Assembly: GCF_964204645.1 (NCBI RefSeq)
Contig: NC_134026.1
Coordinates: forward strand, 15,286,150-15,350,149
Reading direction: 5' to 3'
DNA from: Tubulanus polymorphus
Lineage: Eukaryota; Animalia; Nemertea
Length of the DNA: 64,000 nt
Positions 1-11,770 of this stretch are shown here, in pieces. The notes beneath the pieces were generated by a model that saw only the letters and a program-made list of their open reading frames with translations, had not been told where the DNA came from and ran no database searches. A program made the position numbers and the translations under genes. The stretch's first letter is position 1. Each line of letters begins with the position of its first letter.

Positions 1-1235
1 GGCAGCGTCATTTGCAAATTTGTCAAAAAAGACTGTATTTTTGCTGTTCTTGGCTTGCTCGGCCCGTCGCTCTGAGATTCATGCGCTTTCAGTTCGACAA
101 GGTCATATTGTCTTTGGGCCAGCGAATGAATTTGTTTCGCTGCGGCCTGCTTTGGAATTTTTGGCAAAAAACCAACGACCAGGCTCGGTTGGGCGTCAAT
201 GGCGAATTGAAGCCCTAAAACATCGAGTGGAACCGGGCATCCCGGACAGGACTTTATGTCCGGTGCGGGCATTGTGTTTCTACTTAGATCGCTCTGCTTC
301 ACGGAGGGGTTCACGGGAGCGGTTATTTATTCCGCTGCTGGATCACCTAAAGGGGGATATTTTGCGGGACACAGTAGCCCGATGGGTCTCTTCAATGATC
401 AAGGACATTTTATTGAAGGAGAATCTTTCCTCGGAGGGAGTCGTTTCTCATCAAGTGAGGTCTATGGCTACTTCCTGCGCAGCCTTTTCGGGTGCTCCGT
501 TGGAGGAGGTCTGTCGGGCCGCCTTTTGGAATTCACCGTCGACATTCACGTCATTTTATTTACGGGATGTTTCAGGTCAGTTAGGCTCATTAGCTTCACT
601 TGGTCCTGTTGTCATGGCTCAAGGTGTCCGTTCTTTCCGATCGGACCCTTTAGTGTAGAATATTTATGTTGCATTATCAGGATCACAGGGGGTGTATCCT
701 TGTACATAGTTTGGGCTCATATCTGCAAGTATTAATTTCGCAAAATTCTGGGGGGGGCCCCTGAGCTGGACGGACTCACTGTGGCCAACCGGTCTTCCCT
801 GTGCTACAGTGCTCCATTCCGTGCTTGGGTAAGTGCTCTCTTTTTCCCTCTTACCTTGCGTTTGAGCGGTGATTTTTCTATCTACCTTTCCCACCATCCT
901 TGTGCTAGGCTAGTCTAGCAAAAACCATAGGAAAGGGTTCAGTACTCGACGGAAATATTACAATTTTTGGAACTAAAATTTGTATTTCCGAGTAGTACTT
1001 ACCCTTTCCTATGGTGGGAATCCCGCCCACCTGCCCCGCATAGCTGTTTTTTTTGGTCTGCTATGACGTAAAAAGATGGCGGATTTCGCCGGTGGCTAAA
1101 TGCAATACCGCAGGGCCGGGTCGTATAGAAAAACCATTGGCGATAAATCCAAATTTAGAAAATATTGGCAAAAACCATAGGAAAGGGTAAGTACTACTCG
1201 GAAATACAAATTTTAGTTCCAAAAATTGTAATTTT
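1..1235 (+). mobile_element. 3' end of a DIRS1-type tyrosine-recombinase retrotransposon (family A): YR ORF, internal complementary region (ICR) and right ITR
   Basis: YR ORF at 20-658. Bases 957-1015 (attacaatttttggaactaaaatttgtatttccgagtagtacttaccctttcctatggt) are the reverse complement of 1174-1232. The element ends in a T run, which matches the DIRS ICR/right-ITR layout. Confidence 0.9.
20..658 (+). CDS. DIRS tyrosine recombinase, C-terminal catalytic part (5' end outside the window)
   Basis: Motifs SARRSEIHAL, LCPVRAL..Y, HQVRSMATS and AAFWNSPSTFTSFY give the R..HxxR..W..Y catalytic set. The frame is open. Confidence 0.9.
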   Translation: MSKKTVFLLFLACSARRSEIHALSVRQGHIVFGPANEFVSLRPALEFLAKNQRPGSVGRQWRIEALKHRVEPGIPDRTLCPVRALCFYLDRSASRRGSRERLFIPLLDHLKGDILRDTVARWVSSMIKDILLKENLSSEGVVSHQVRSMATSCAAFSGAPLEEVCRAAFWNSPSTFTSFYLRDVSGQLGSLASLGPVVMAQGVRSFRSDPLV

Positions 1236-1239
1236 ACCC

Positions 1240-1975
1240 ACTATTGCTAGCTATGCGAAAAACGTGCCTTGATGCACGTGGTCTACTTAAAGTTTTCCAA
1301 GAAACTATGTTCCAATCAGCTGCCGGTGACATTGATAGTGTTGCGCATGACCATGCTGTTGATACAGGGTTGGTAGCGGGCCTTAATCATTGAATTATCA
1401 AAAGGGAAATTAAGTTCATTATTATGGTCGAAGACGATATAGCCATCGTCGCTAGTAACAATCCTGCCATTCACCGAATAACACCCGTAGTATCTCTACT
1501 ACCAGGATATAGTCCCATAATTCTTAATCATGTAGAACTGATAAAAAAATGTCAGTAACGCATCAATTTGCCTGTATCCATGATCCTAGCTATGACTATC
1601 ATAGCCTCTTGAGATTCCCAAAATCGTGATGAATTATGGAAAGGTTAGAGGCGCATGATGGGCCTACCTGTCAGTGAATTGTCTATATCAGTTTTACCCG
1701 GCAATAAAGTGATATCCTCATCACTATCTTCACAGACGCTCACGCACTGATACAATCGTAAGAAGTTATATAAACTGCGTGGTTTTTGGTTTACACTGAC
1801 TGGGAGAGGATTGGTAGGGTTGTCTCTGCAGGGTTTGTCAGTCGCTAGCCCGGATTTGATAGAATCTTGAAAGCACTGCGAGTGAGGGATTTTCTTCATG
1901 GAAATTACCAGTAATGCCAACCGGTATCACATGTATCTTCACACACTACGCCATTCAAAGATGCTCTTGGAAAAA
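1240..1975 (-). repeat. Unidentified degraded coding-like repeat, copy 1
   Basis: Shares collinear blocks with ~25070-25480 (e.g. acaccc(g/a)tagtatctctact; ggttt(a/g)cactgactggg; agggattttctt...ccagtaatgcc). Confidence 0.5.
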
Positions 1976-2259
1976 CCCCGAGTTAGTACATGTAGCAGAC
2001 TAGAAAATAGGACCACTTTTGAATGGGGGAAAATGTTCGTTTAACGGTAAAATAAAGCCTCACGGAAACCCTGGAAATGTGAATTTGTTTTCACTGATAA
2101 AACTGACACTTCATGCATCCACTCACTAATATTTAGTCAATTTTAAACACTGTCTTCGACCATATGAACTTTATGGTCTTCATGTTTTTAGTAGGGGTGT
2201 GGAGTATTGAAGTACCTTTGAGAAAATAAACCTGGCCATGATAAATTGGTTCCTAGGTT

Positions 2260-2435
2260 TATTGTTTTTTTACCAGAATCGATTGCTTAAGACATGATTG
2301 ATGTTTGTACCTAGTTTGAAGGTAATTGAAACATATATATTTGTTCACCATGGTGTTGAATATTGAAATTGTCAGATTTTCGAGCATTTCAATCCACATT
2401 GCAAGTGGGCATGGAGTCCCTGGACCCCTAGTTTA
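2260..2435 (+). repeat. 3' end of a HINE-like element of the same family as 10071-11770
   Basis: Ends caagtgggcatggagtccctggacccctagtt, nearly identical to the terminus at ~11740-11771. Confidence 0.65.
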
Positions 2436-2493
2436 GAACTTGCAGATTGCCTTCGCGACTAATAAGTTTCATATTTGTGTTTTTAATATATAG

Positions 2494-2631
2494 ATGTTGC
2501 CTGAACTTGAGAGGGAAGTTGAGGATTGGGAGCAAAAATTTAGAGCCATATGTTCCCTTGATGATTTGAAGCTTAAAGTTGATCAACTGCGAAATGAAGT
2601 GGCTTGGGCTCTTGTACATGCAAAAGAAAAG
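2494..2631 (+). CDS. SMC6: SMC6 exon (first visible), coiled coil MLPELEREV...LRNEVAWALVHAKEK
   Basis: tag|ATG acceptor and AAG|gtattt donor; 138 nt, phase 0/0. The LxxExAWAxV motif resembles the SMC6 N-terminal coiled coil. Confidence 0.9.
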
Positions 2632-2780
2632 GTATTTTACAGTGTATTTTATTGTGTAACGTTGAATGTTGTATGGCAGATTTCACAATGATGGGTACCA
2701 ACGAAGTAAAAATTTATGATGGAGGAATTCTTTTTTTCCGGGTCAGCAAATAGAAAATTGTTTCATGAATATATGTTATA

Positions 2781-3090
2781 TGTTGTAATGGGTCCAAAAA
2801 TCAAATTTTTGCTAACAAATGAGGTTGTAACTTTGACCCAAAGTCATGCAATCTGCTATTTTTATGTGCAACATGAACCTTGATCATGCGGCTAAAATCT
2901 GTTGAAAATGGAATTTTGAATTTCATGTTCATTTTAGAGAAATCTACGAATTTGTGGCGATTTTTAAAAAAATTCCAAGGAGCATTTTGTTTCATATAAC
3001 GGCCAGAAGGCCGTTGTACATTGTTAAATTGATGTCAAATAAATGCTCCCTGCAGTTAGCTGATCTCCCGCTGTCAATCAATGTAGGGTC
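2781..3090 (+). repeat. Dispersed repeat end, also at 59561-59815
   Basis: tgttgtaatgggtccaaaaatcaaatttttgctaacaaatgagg and about 250 bp downstream are shared between the two sites. Confidence 0.7.
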
Positions 3091-3859
3091 TGACTATTTC
3101 AGATGGCTGGGAGTCACCTTCATTTCGGTCAACGAATTATACACCTTCACAGACTTCACCTACGATGTAACGTAGCCCAATACACTGGGTTCGAATCCCG
3201 TAAATCGTTCCATGAACTCGGTCCTTCAGCGCAATTCGTTCAAACAAAATTCCCATTTTTTGTCTGAATGAAATTCAAATTAATGACGAATAGAAACTTA
3301 TTTCCAATCAGGAGATCGGCTATCCAAAAGGAAATTCCTTAAAAAGTCCTCCCAAATTACATTCAACTTGAAGAAAAATATAAACTTAAACCATAAACAT
3401 ATATGTACCATACAAACTTTTTTATTTCACAAATTTTTAAATTTGAATAAACATTGTTCTGATATAAATCAACTTACACAATTTTAAAATTTGAATATAC
3501 ATGTACAAAGTTCTGATTGACTTAAAAAAATTTGATTACAACACGGCCTTACAGCATTTTAATAGTGCATACGGTGCAGATGATGTTAGGTGACATTGAG
3601 TACAATATGGTGAATATTACAAGTCATTTTTATACAAATATGGTGATTGTCAAACATTTCTCTGCAACGATCGGGTTACTAAGATATAAAAAATTATTAT
3701 GTGTAAAAAGTTAAAAAGCAAACCAAAATGGCCAAATTAGCTCACCTGTTGCCGAAGTGTGCAGAAAATAAATGTTATCAAATTACCTACCTCCAATTAT
3801 TATATACTAATATATATATATATATGCCAATGTATGTCCTGGCCAGTAGCCGTCACCAA

Positions 3860-4830
3860 TTTGAAATCAATTGGTTTTAGGCACCCTGCTTAACCTCCCC
3901 CCATTACTCGCCACCCGGACAGAAGTCTTCAGTATCATCACACCAGCGCTGATGTTGACAACTGCACAGATTCTTCCTACACTATTGACTATAGCAGAAC
4001 AATAGAGGCCATTGTCACAGATATCTACATTCTGTACACTTCTCACAAATGGGGTGGGCCCTCGGTCACTGTTCAATGGTAGGTCTACTTCGGATTCTGG
4101 GGTGTACTCTGAAAAAGAGCTTTGACCGTTATGTGTGCTCTCCCCGAGTCGTAAACCGCGAGAGCCCTGGCAGCTACCAGTTCTATCTACAACATTTATA
4201 CAGGTATCTAATTGTCTACGGTGTGGAGGAAAATATTTAAGTGCTTGGGGCTGATGGTCTAAAAGCGCTTGCGTGCCCCTCGAGGTACATCTGCCCATTT
4301 CTCGGACAGTTCCTCAGTGCACGCGTGGCATACATCTGTAGGACATGCACTAGCTGGATGGTCTGTTACCAGCACCAACAGATGTCAGATGATTTCTTGG
4401 AGGCTCCGGATTCCTGGCAGGCTTTTCTGACCTCCACGCTCAAGATTTTGAATGGGGAGGGTGAAGCTCTGGACCTGTGTAACAAGATCGGAAAGCAGCT
4501 TGGTCTCGTCGGGCTTTGGTTAGACCTCATGACGAATTTCCTTCTTCGAGAATTTTTTTCGATGAGATCGCAGACAAAATACGTTCTCGAGTCGTTTCTA
4601 CGGTGCATGATGTCTTAGGCATCCATAAAGAAATTAATTGAATTGCATTGAATCACGAGACTCACATGCTCTGCGATGTAGTGAAACTCTCCGGCGTCTG
4701 GAGACTTGAAGATATGTCGTCATGTTCATACATGTCGTCGAGCATTGATGTAAGATAGATGGCATTGAAATCCTACACCAGGTGTGAGAGTCAGGTTGAA
4801 GGCACTGCGGCCTCGTCAAAGTCATTGAAC
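3860..4830 (-). pseudogene. Decayed Cys/His-containing ORF, probably transposon-derived
   Basis: Higher GC than the flanks. Interrupted minus-strand reading includes KRLENVFCLRSH...LPGI...ACPTDVCHAC. Family not recognised. Confidence 0.3.
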
Positions 4831-5539
4831 ATTACAGATTTCCAAAGTATCAATGGCCTGTTTGCCGCAACCTTACTGACCCGACTTCAAAGGTACCGAG
4901 TGAAAACTTTTTTCTTGGATTCATTGAATGAAATTTTATTTTTGATAAAAATGGACGACCCACTGTCGATGTACTTGCTAAGTACGTTTGAAGTCAAGTG
5001 TGCATCGTGTGAAAACGTTGCTCGACTATGGCCTAGTTTAAGTTTTCCAGGAAACTCAGTGTTCCAATAAGCTGCCACTCATTCTTAGTGACTATATTAC
5101 AGCTGGTAATGTTATAGCGCGTATATGTTCAATCTACTGTTTCATTTTGAACACAGAGATGACGCTCAGGACGAAGTTAGAATTTTGAAATTTATTCTTG
5201 AAATCTTTAATTATTCCTGAAATACAAATTTCCCTTGCACAACGCAGATTTGGGATATTGTTTCCACTAAAAGAGGTGATAAAATTGTTTTTTTTCTTTG
5301 CCCTAAAATTTTGCAAAAAACGATTCTACCTACCTACCGACTTATTCCAAAAATTTGAGTCGTTGTAATGGCAAACAGACAATTAATTTGGGATGGCTTT
5401 ATCCAAATATGAATCGATATAAATATTTAAGCTAGGAAATGCTGGAAATCATTGTGATAAACGGGTTTCATCTCTAACAGAATCGTATCAATGAGGTTCC
5501 ACTGTAAAATTCTGTAAAATTAATCGAAACTTTACCTCT

Positions 5540-6668
5540 TTTTTGACGCCTTAAAAAACGTTACCATTATGAAACCTAAACAATGCTAACCATTCAGCGT
5601 CATTTTACAAACGACAACCATAAATCGATGTGCAAAACGTCACAGGTTTATGTGTACACATACAAGCCATTTGGCAAAATATTATTGATAAAGATGTAGA
5701 ATCGCTCCCTGTGATTATATAATGACCTATATTTGAACGTCGAAATGTTATATTGCATTGAATATCATGAGAAGACGTATTGTAATGGTAAAGGATGTAT
5801 GATTATATCAGGAGCGTCAGGCATAAATATAAATGATAAGTAAATCGGATTATTCGGTTAAATGGCGGATGTATACACGATTTGGAAGTCTGATATAAAA
5901 GTCAGACCCTGACATGGGGATGCTAGTGGAATGACGAAGCTATCTACGATCTGAGTAGGGCCGGCGTGAATTTCATCGGCGGCTACAAGCGGTCTATATA
6001 AAAACGTGTAAACATATAATTTCAATATTCAAATGTTTTAGAGAATATGTTCGATATTAGAGGTATGCAGGTTTCATGAGATTAGCAATTTATAATAGCA
6101 TAACTGTCATATACAGCTCCGCGTCCACTGATGGCATGTGTATAAGGTGACAATTCAATTCAATACTTTATTGATCCTTATTTCATTGAAATTCCGGGAT
6201 AAAATTCCCAAATTCAATAAAGTTACAAATTTTAAACTAAGAATACAAAATACAAGACACACGGGTAATTCATACAGAATAATATGAATAAGTTATTTAA
6301 ATGACAATGTCTACTTCAACCCAGACTCAAGTCTAGGATATCGAGTGACAGCCAAACCGGGATCCCGGTCGACCGGGCCGGCTGGCTACACGATATGCTC
6401 GAAGTCATGATGAAGCAGACATCAGAAGAGCTCTTTCTTCAACCATGGAGGCAATGAAGTTGCAGACCAGCTTAGAGGCAAAAGTGAATCGAAATCGGTC
6501 ACAAGTTGACAATTTTTTTTAAATTAGACCAGTCGAAGACTATATCATCTACCCAATCGCCAAATCTCATAATCGATTTCAAATTTGCAATTCCACATTA
6601 GCTTATCCCAGAAATTCTACATTTTTTCGCAGGCGTCAAATAATTTATTAAAGTTAATTTTCTTGTTT
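5540..6668 (+). repeat. Non-autonomous element with tttgacgcct/aggcgtcaaa sub-terminal inverted motif; inverted copy at 27296-28973
   Basis: About 1.1 kb aligns continuously by eye with the reverse complement of 27296-28973. Confidence 0.85.
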
Positions 6669-6899
6669 TAACATTTTTATATGACCCCCATGTAAGAACC
6701 TGTTAAAAATAGGCAAATTGGCTGCAACTATCGAAAATTGCTTCCAACGTGCCTGAAAAAACAGCTTGAAAATGGTAAAAAACTAGCTTGAAATGGCTTG
6801 AATTTCACCTGAGCTTGAGACAATGAACCCTGGAACTACTCATTAAAATTTCATAAAGATTGAGCGAACTATTCATACAGATTTTGATTTTTTTTAAAG

Positions 6900-6980
6900 G
6901 ATTTGGAACCTATTGTGAAAGAATTACGCATGCAGGAAGCGAGGATGCCTAAATTTGAACAAAGGTGTCTTGAGAGTCAG
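6900..6980 (+). CDS. SMC6: SMC6 exon DLEPIVKELRMQEARMPKFEQRCLESQ
   Basis: ttttttaaag|GAT acceptor and CAG|gtatgg donor; 81 nt, phase 0/0. It fills the roughly 27-aa gap expected from SMC6 collinearity. Confidence 0.8.
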
Positions 6981-9900
6981 GTATGGTTTTATATGCATAT
7001 GTGTTCTACTAGAAACCGGCATTGAGGCTTTTATAGAAGCGGGACCTGGTATTTTCCCTAAAAATAGTGGGTAGGGGAGGGTGACCTAATTTCGGCATGG
7101 TACGCGAATTCGGCACAATTAATAACACGTCAATTGACGAAATACCTAATATGGCAAATCGTATATCAATGGTTGAGGTTAAAGGCCATATTCTTGACAC
7201 ATGAATGTTAAAAAAATTTCATTGGTCAGGCGGAGGAGCTTATGTGAATCGCGCCTTTTATGACAACGAAGAAATCGCTTCTGCTAGCTGCTGATGCGTC
7301 GCTGTTTTTGCTAGGATTTGACCTAGTTCCTACGATCGCAAATATAAATTGAAGGTACATAGTACAATCTTAAGTGATAAAAAATAGCTATAATTATCGA
7401 CTTAATGCTTAAAAGTTTGATTAGCAGCCTAAAATGTACATGTTTTACTACTTGTACCTGGATTCAGCACTCGGTTTCAAAAATATACAGCAACTAGTCC
7501 TGAATTCAGCATGCCGAATTCAGGTACACCGACTGCTAAAATGATGTTCCTATCTCACTTCATTACTAAATAGTAGCATCCTAAATTCAATAGATTTATC
7601 ACTTACCACGCATCAACACCATCTAAAATGACTATACATCCAATCCATTATCCTCAAATCAAGCAGACAGCATAAACTAACGATATACAACTTAAGACAT
7701 ACGACATCAAAGTTGAAAACTTTTTTTATTGAAACGATGAATTAATTCAATTCAATTTGTACTTGATTGATCCAATTGTTAGAAAATATTTAAAGAAAAT
7801 AATTTTATTTCTTGAAATGTGCATTCCAATTTCAAAGGCCTCCATCAATATTATTTGGAGCTATATAAAGTGACTGATCAATGAAACAATTTTCAGATGA
7901 ATCGGTATCTTCAATATTCTGTTGATCAGAAGGCAAATGCTGTCGATGCCATTAATGGTGGTATGCCAATCAAAACTGCTGCCAAAAAATTTGGCGTACC
8001 TCGGTCTACGCTGCATGATATAATCAAAGGAAGAATTGTTATGGGGGCAAAAATAGGAGGACAGACAACACTAATTCATGAAGAGGATAGGGAGCTAGGG
8101 GACTTAGCATGCAATAGGTCACAGATGGGCATGGGATTTAACAAGCAAACATTGTTGAGGTACGCAGGCAAAATTGCAGATAAAAAAGGAAAGCTATTTT
8201 CAGGTGGTTATACTTCAGGGAAATGGTGGAGAGGTTTAAAAAAACGCCACCCGGATTTAGCACTGAGGACACCAGAGTCAACCGCTAGTGTAAGAATGGC
8301 AGGCATGCAACCTGTTGGAGTAATGAAGTTTTATCATTCATATCGCGGTGTCATCGACGGATATGATTTTCAGCCGCTCCATATTTGGAATATGGATGAG
8401 TCCTGGTTCCCAATGGATTTTTCTCCAAGTTGTTGCAAGGTAATACAATTAGTCAAGTCATTAGTCATAGTAAGAAATTAGCATGAAATCAAATGAAATG
8501 AAGGTAAAGGCCATTCAGTTTTGATATGCAAATTGAAAAATAATTAATTTCAGGCGTGTAGTAAAGACAGTACCTGCTAGGTCGAGCGGAAATAAGGAGC
8601 TCGTTTCGGTCATTGGCTGCGCGTGAGCAGTCGGACAAATCCTGAACCCACATTTCGTGGTGAAGGGAAAAAACCGGCTGGCTGTCACTGGATTTGATGT
8701 CGAGAGAGCACCGAAAAATTGGAACATCAGTGCAAGTGACAGCGGATGGACAAAACAAGTAGGTTTATATTTCCATGTATACCCCTGATAAGAGAGATGT
8801 TGAGATCATGAGTGATGCCAAGAATAGGTAATTACTGCACAAAAACTTCAATCAATATAATTTTGTCTCACAGGGTATTTATTGGTCTACTTTGGTTTGA
8901 GCAAACATTCCTCAAAGCTATTGGGAATGAACGGCCATAACTTCTTATCGTTGATGGTCACAATAGCCACAATCTTGTGGAGTTAATTGAGAAAGCCAGA
9001 GAAAATTGGATAGTCATGGTCGAAATTCCATCACACACAAACAATTGGCTCCAGCCTTAAGATAGGTGATAAACCATTTGTTAGGCCTGGAACTCCACGT
9101 GCTCAACACTCATGGCAGATAATCCAGGAGTCATTGTTGGGAAAAGGAATTTTTTTGGATTTTTCTGTCAAGCATGGGAGGCTGGAGTGACACCGGGAAA
9201 CGTCATCAGTGGTTTCAGGACTACTGGATTATTATACCCATATAATCCTCTGGCAATTTCCCACTGATGCGTGCTTCATTCAGCAACAGTGGATGAACTG
9301 AAATCATTGATCATGGAGATAATTATAATACTGTTAGGGATAAATAATCAACACCTAACCAAAACCCTCAATTAGGCCTACTACTTACATATTTTATTTT
9401 TAGACTGCCGACAACAGTGAAATTCCAGGATTCCATCAACCTGAAAACATAAACAAGGAGGTAAAATCATGAATGTTACCGTCCTCACGTTTGGTTGCAT
9501 TAAAGTATTTTCATTTTTAGATGAATTCATGTACCAGTACAGAGGAAGAAACTGAAATTAACCAGATAGTAGGAAAAATTAACGATAACCAGGCTGATAT
9601 GACTGATGTAAGACTGAGATGAGAAATAATATATCTAAAGATTACGATATTTCATAGGCCTTAAATATATTTAAAATCGGTTTACAGGATCTTGCAACCG
9701 GAGTGAGTATCACTAAAGCCTGTCCAGCTGATCGATCACTTTCTGTGATCGAGAGCACTCTCACAAAACAAAAACTGGCCAAGTATGACAAAAGTATGAC
9801 AAAGAGGGGTATGATCTAAAAAGTGATGCGCTATATATGACATGGATGCGGTTGAAAGAAAAATCATTGGTGAGTGACAACTGAATAGATTTAATAAGAT

Positions 9901-10070
9901 AAATCCATCCGTCATGACCTCAAAATCTTTGTTTTGTAGCAAAGTAACTACTTTCCATTTGAAAACACCTCTTCAAGATCAAGTAAACTAAGCGATATTC
10001 TCAAATTCCCTTAAGCTGAACAGCGTAAACCCAGTCAACCCAAACATACTGGTAGACCAACTGCAAATTT

Positions 10071-11770
10071 TTATTTTATTTTTATTTCTATTGTGTTCAC
10101 TTTTTGTCCGTCATCCGTCCGTCCGTCCGTCCAATTATTTTGGGAAGTTTTGAAGACCCTTCAATGTAATGTCTTGATATTTGGGTTACACATGTATCTA
10201 CCCTAGACACATCTTCAGCCCAAAAACTGGCCCTGTCAGAATCAAGATGGCCGACGGGCAGCAATTGTTGTTCGCCAAAATCAACACTTTTTACACATTT
10301 TTGAACTTTTTGAGGGAAATTTTGAAGACGCTGTGATCAATTACCTTGATCTTTCGGATGTATGTGAATCCCCCCAGGGCCCATCAGCATAACAAAAAAA
10401 AAAAGATCGTCCCATGACCTTTTTTAGTGCCCAAAAATGTCAATTTTGGCCCGAATTCTGAGTCCTGTAGCTCCCTACTAGTTTGCCATTTCTCATTGCA
10501 ATTTGTGATGGGTATTCTTTGAAAAGGGATGTTTTGTACCTGAGACAGGTATTTTTGATCAGCCAATTATAACGCAATTGGCGGCCATCTTGGTGTCATT
10601 AGTACTAATTCGTAGGTGGGAAAAAGTTTTTCCACATTATATTGATACCTAAGCGTATTTTGTTACCACAATCAATTAGAAACTTGTAGCTCGTAACATG
10701 TTCTATGATTGTGGTGAGTTTCAAGGTCATTGGTTTTTGTATATGGCCACCAGGGGGACGTTGAATAATACAATATATTAAATTAGAAAGATATATTAGT
10801 GAACTTGATGAAGATTTAGTAATAAGTTTATTCCAATTTAGAATTGGGTCTTATCTCTTGCCTGTAAATAAATTATCAAATCTTCCGTTAGATAGAAATG
10901 ATAGATTATGTTCAGCTTGTAATGTTTTAGGTGATGAAATGCATTTTATTTGTAACTACAACCTACTGAATGAAATCCGTGAAAATATTTTGAATCTGAA
11001 CTCTTTTGGCAATCTTGATATTCTAAAAAATCCTACAATCCACCTTGCAAAATTCATTGAAAAAGGCTTAGATGTATAAAGATCCCTCCAATAATTAATA
11101 TGTTGTTAATAGTGTATGTATATATTGTTAATAACTTTGTTATATTTTATCAAAACAATTAATTGTAAATATTGTATACTTTGTATAAGTCTCCCTCCGT
11201 GTACCATAGAAATGGTTGGAGTGTAAATAAAATCCTAATCCTAATCTTAGTATTTCTATATTATATTGGTGCATATTTTGTAACCACAATCAATTGCAAA
11301 GTTGTAGCTCATGACATCATCTATGATTGTGGCAAGTTTTAAGGCCATTTGTTATTCTATATGGTCACCAGGGGGCGTTGAATAGTTGAATAACTTAGTA
11401 TTTCCTTATTATATTGGTACCTAGGCATATTTTGTTACCATGATCCATTACAAAGTTATAGTTCGTGACATGTTCTATGAATGTGGTGAGTTTCAAGGTC
11501 ATTGGGTTTTTAATATGGTCACCAGGGGGCGTTGAATAGTAGAATAACTTAGTATTTCCATATATAATTGGTAACGAGGTAACGAGGCATATTTTGTTAT
11601 CACAATCAATTACAAAATCGTAGCTGCTGAAATGTTCTATGATTTTGCTGAGTTTCAAGGTCATTGGTTTTTGTATATGGTCACCAGGGGGCGTTGAATA
11701 TTGAAATTGTTAGATTGTTGAGCATTTGGAACCACTTCCCAAGTGGGCATGGTGTCCCTGGACCCCTAGT
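10071..11770 (+). mobile_element. Helentron-associated (HINE/DINE-like) element inserted in the pogo ORF
   Basis: T-rich start, (ccgt)n microsatellite at ~10107-10131, tandem units containing caccagggggcgttgaata, and a 3' hairpin. Removing it rejoins the pogo reading GRPTANF|LVITSDEAY with no TSD. A related copy lies at ~62900-63715. Confidence 0.7.
10780..11248 (+). mobile_element. 3' end of a non-LTR retrotransposon (CR1/L2-group-like)
   Basis: FRIGSYLLPV...DRLCSACNVLGDEMHFIC terminal Cys/His motif, then aataaa and an (aatcct)n tail. Confidence 0.7.

Noticed and set aside
20-658. Phage integrase or bacterial contamination
   Set aside because: The ITR/ICR context and the RT-RH-MT-linked paralogue at 56860-57920 identify it as a DIRS recombinase.
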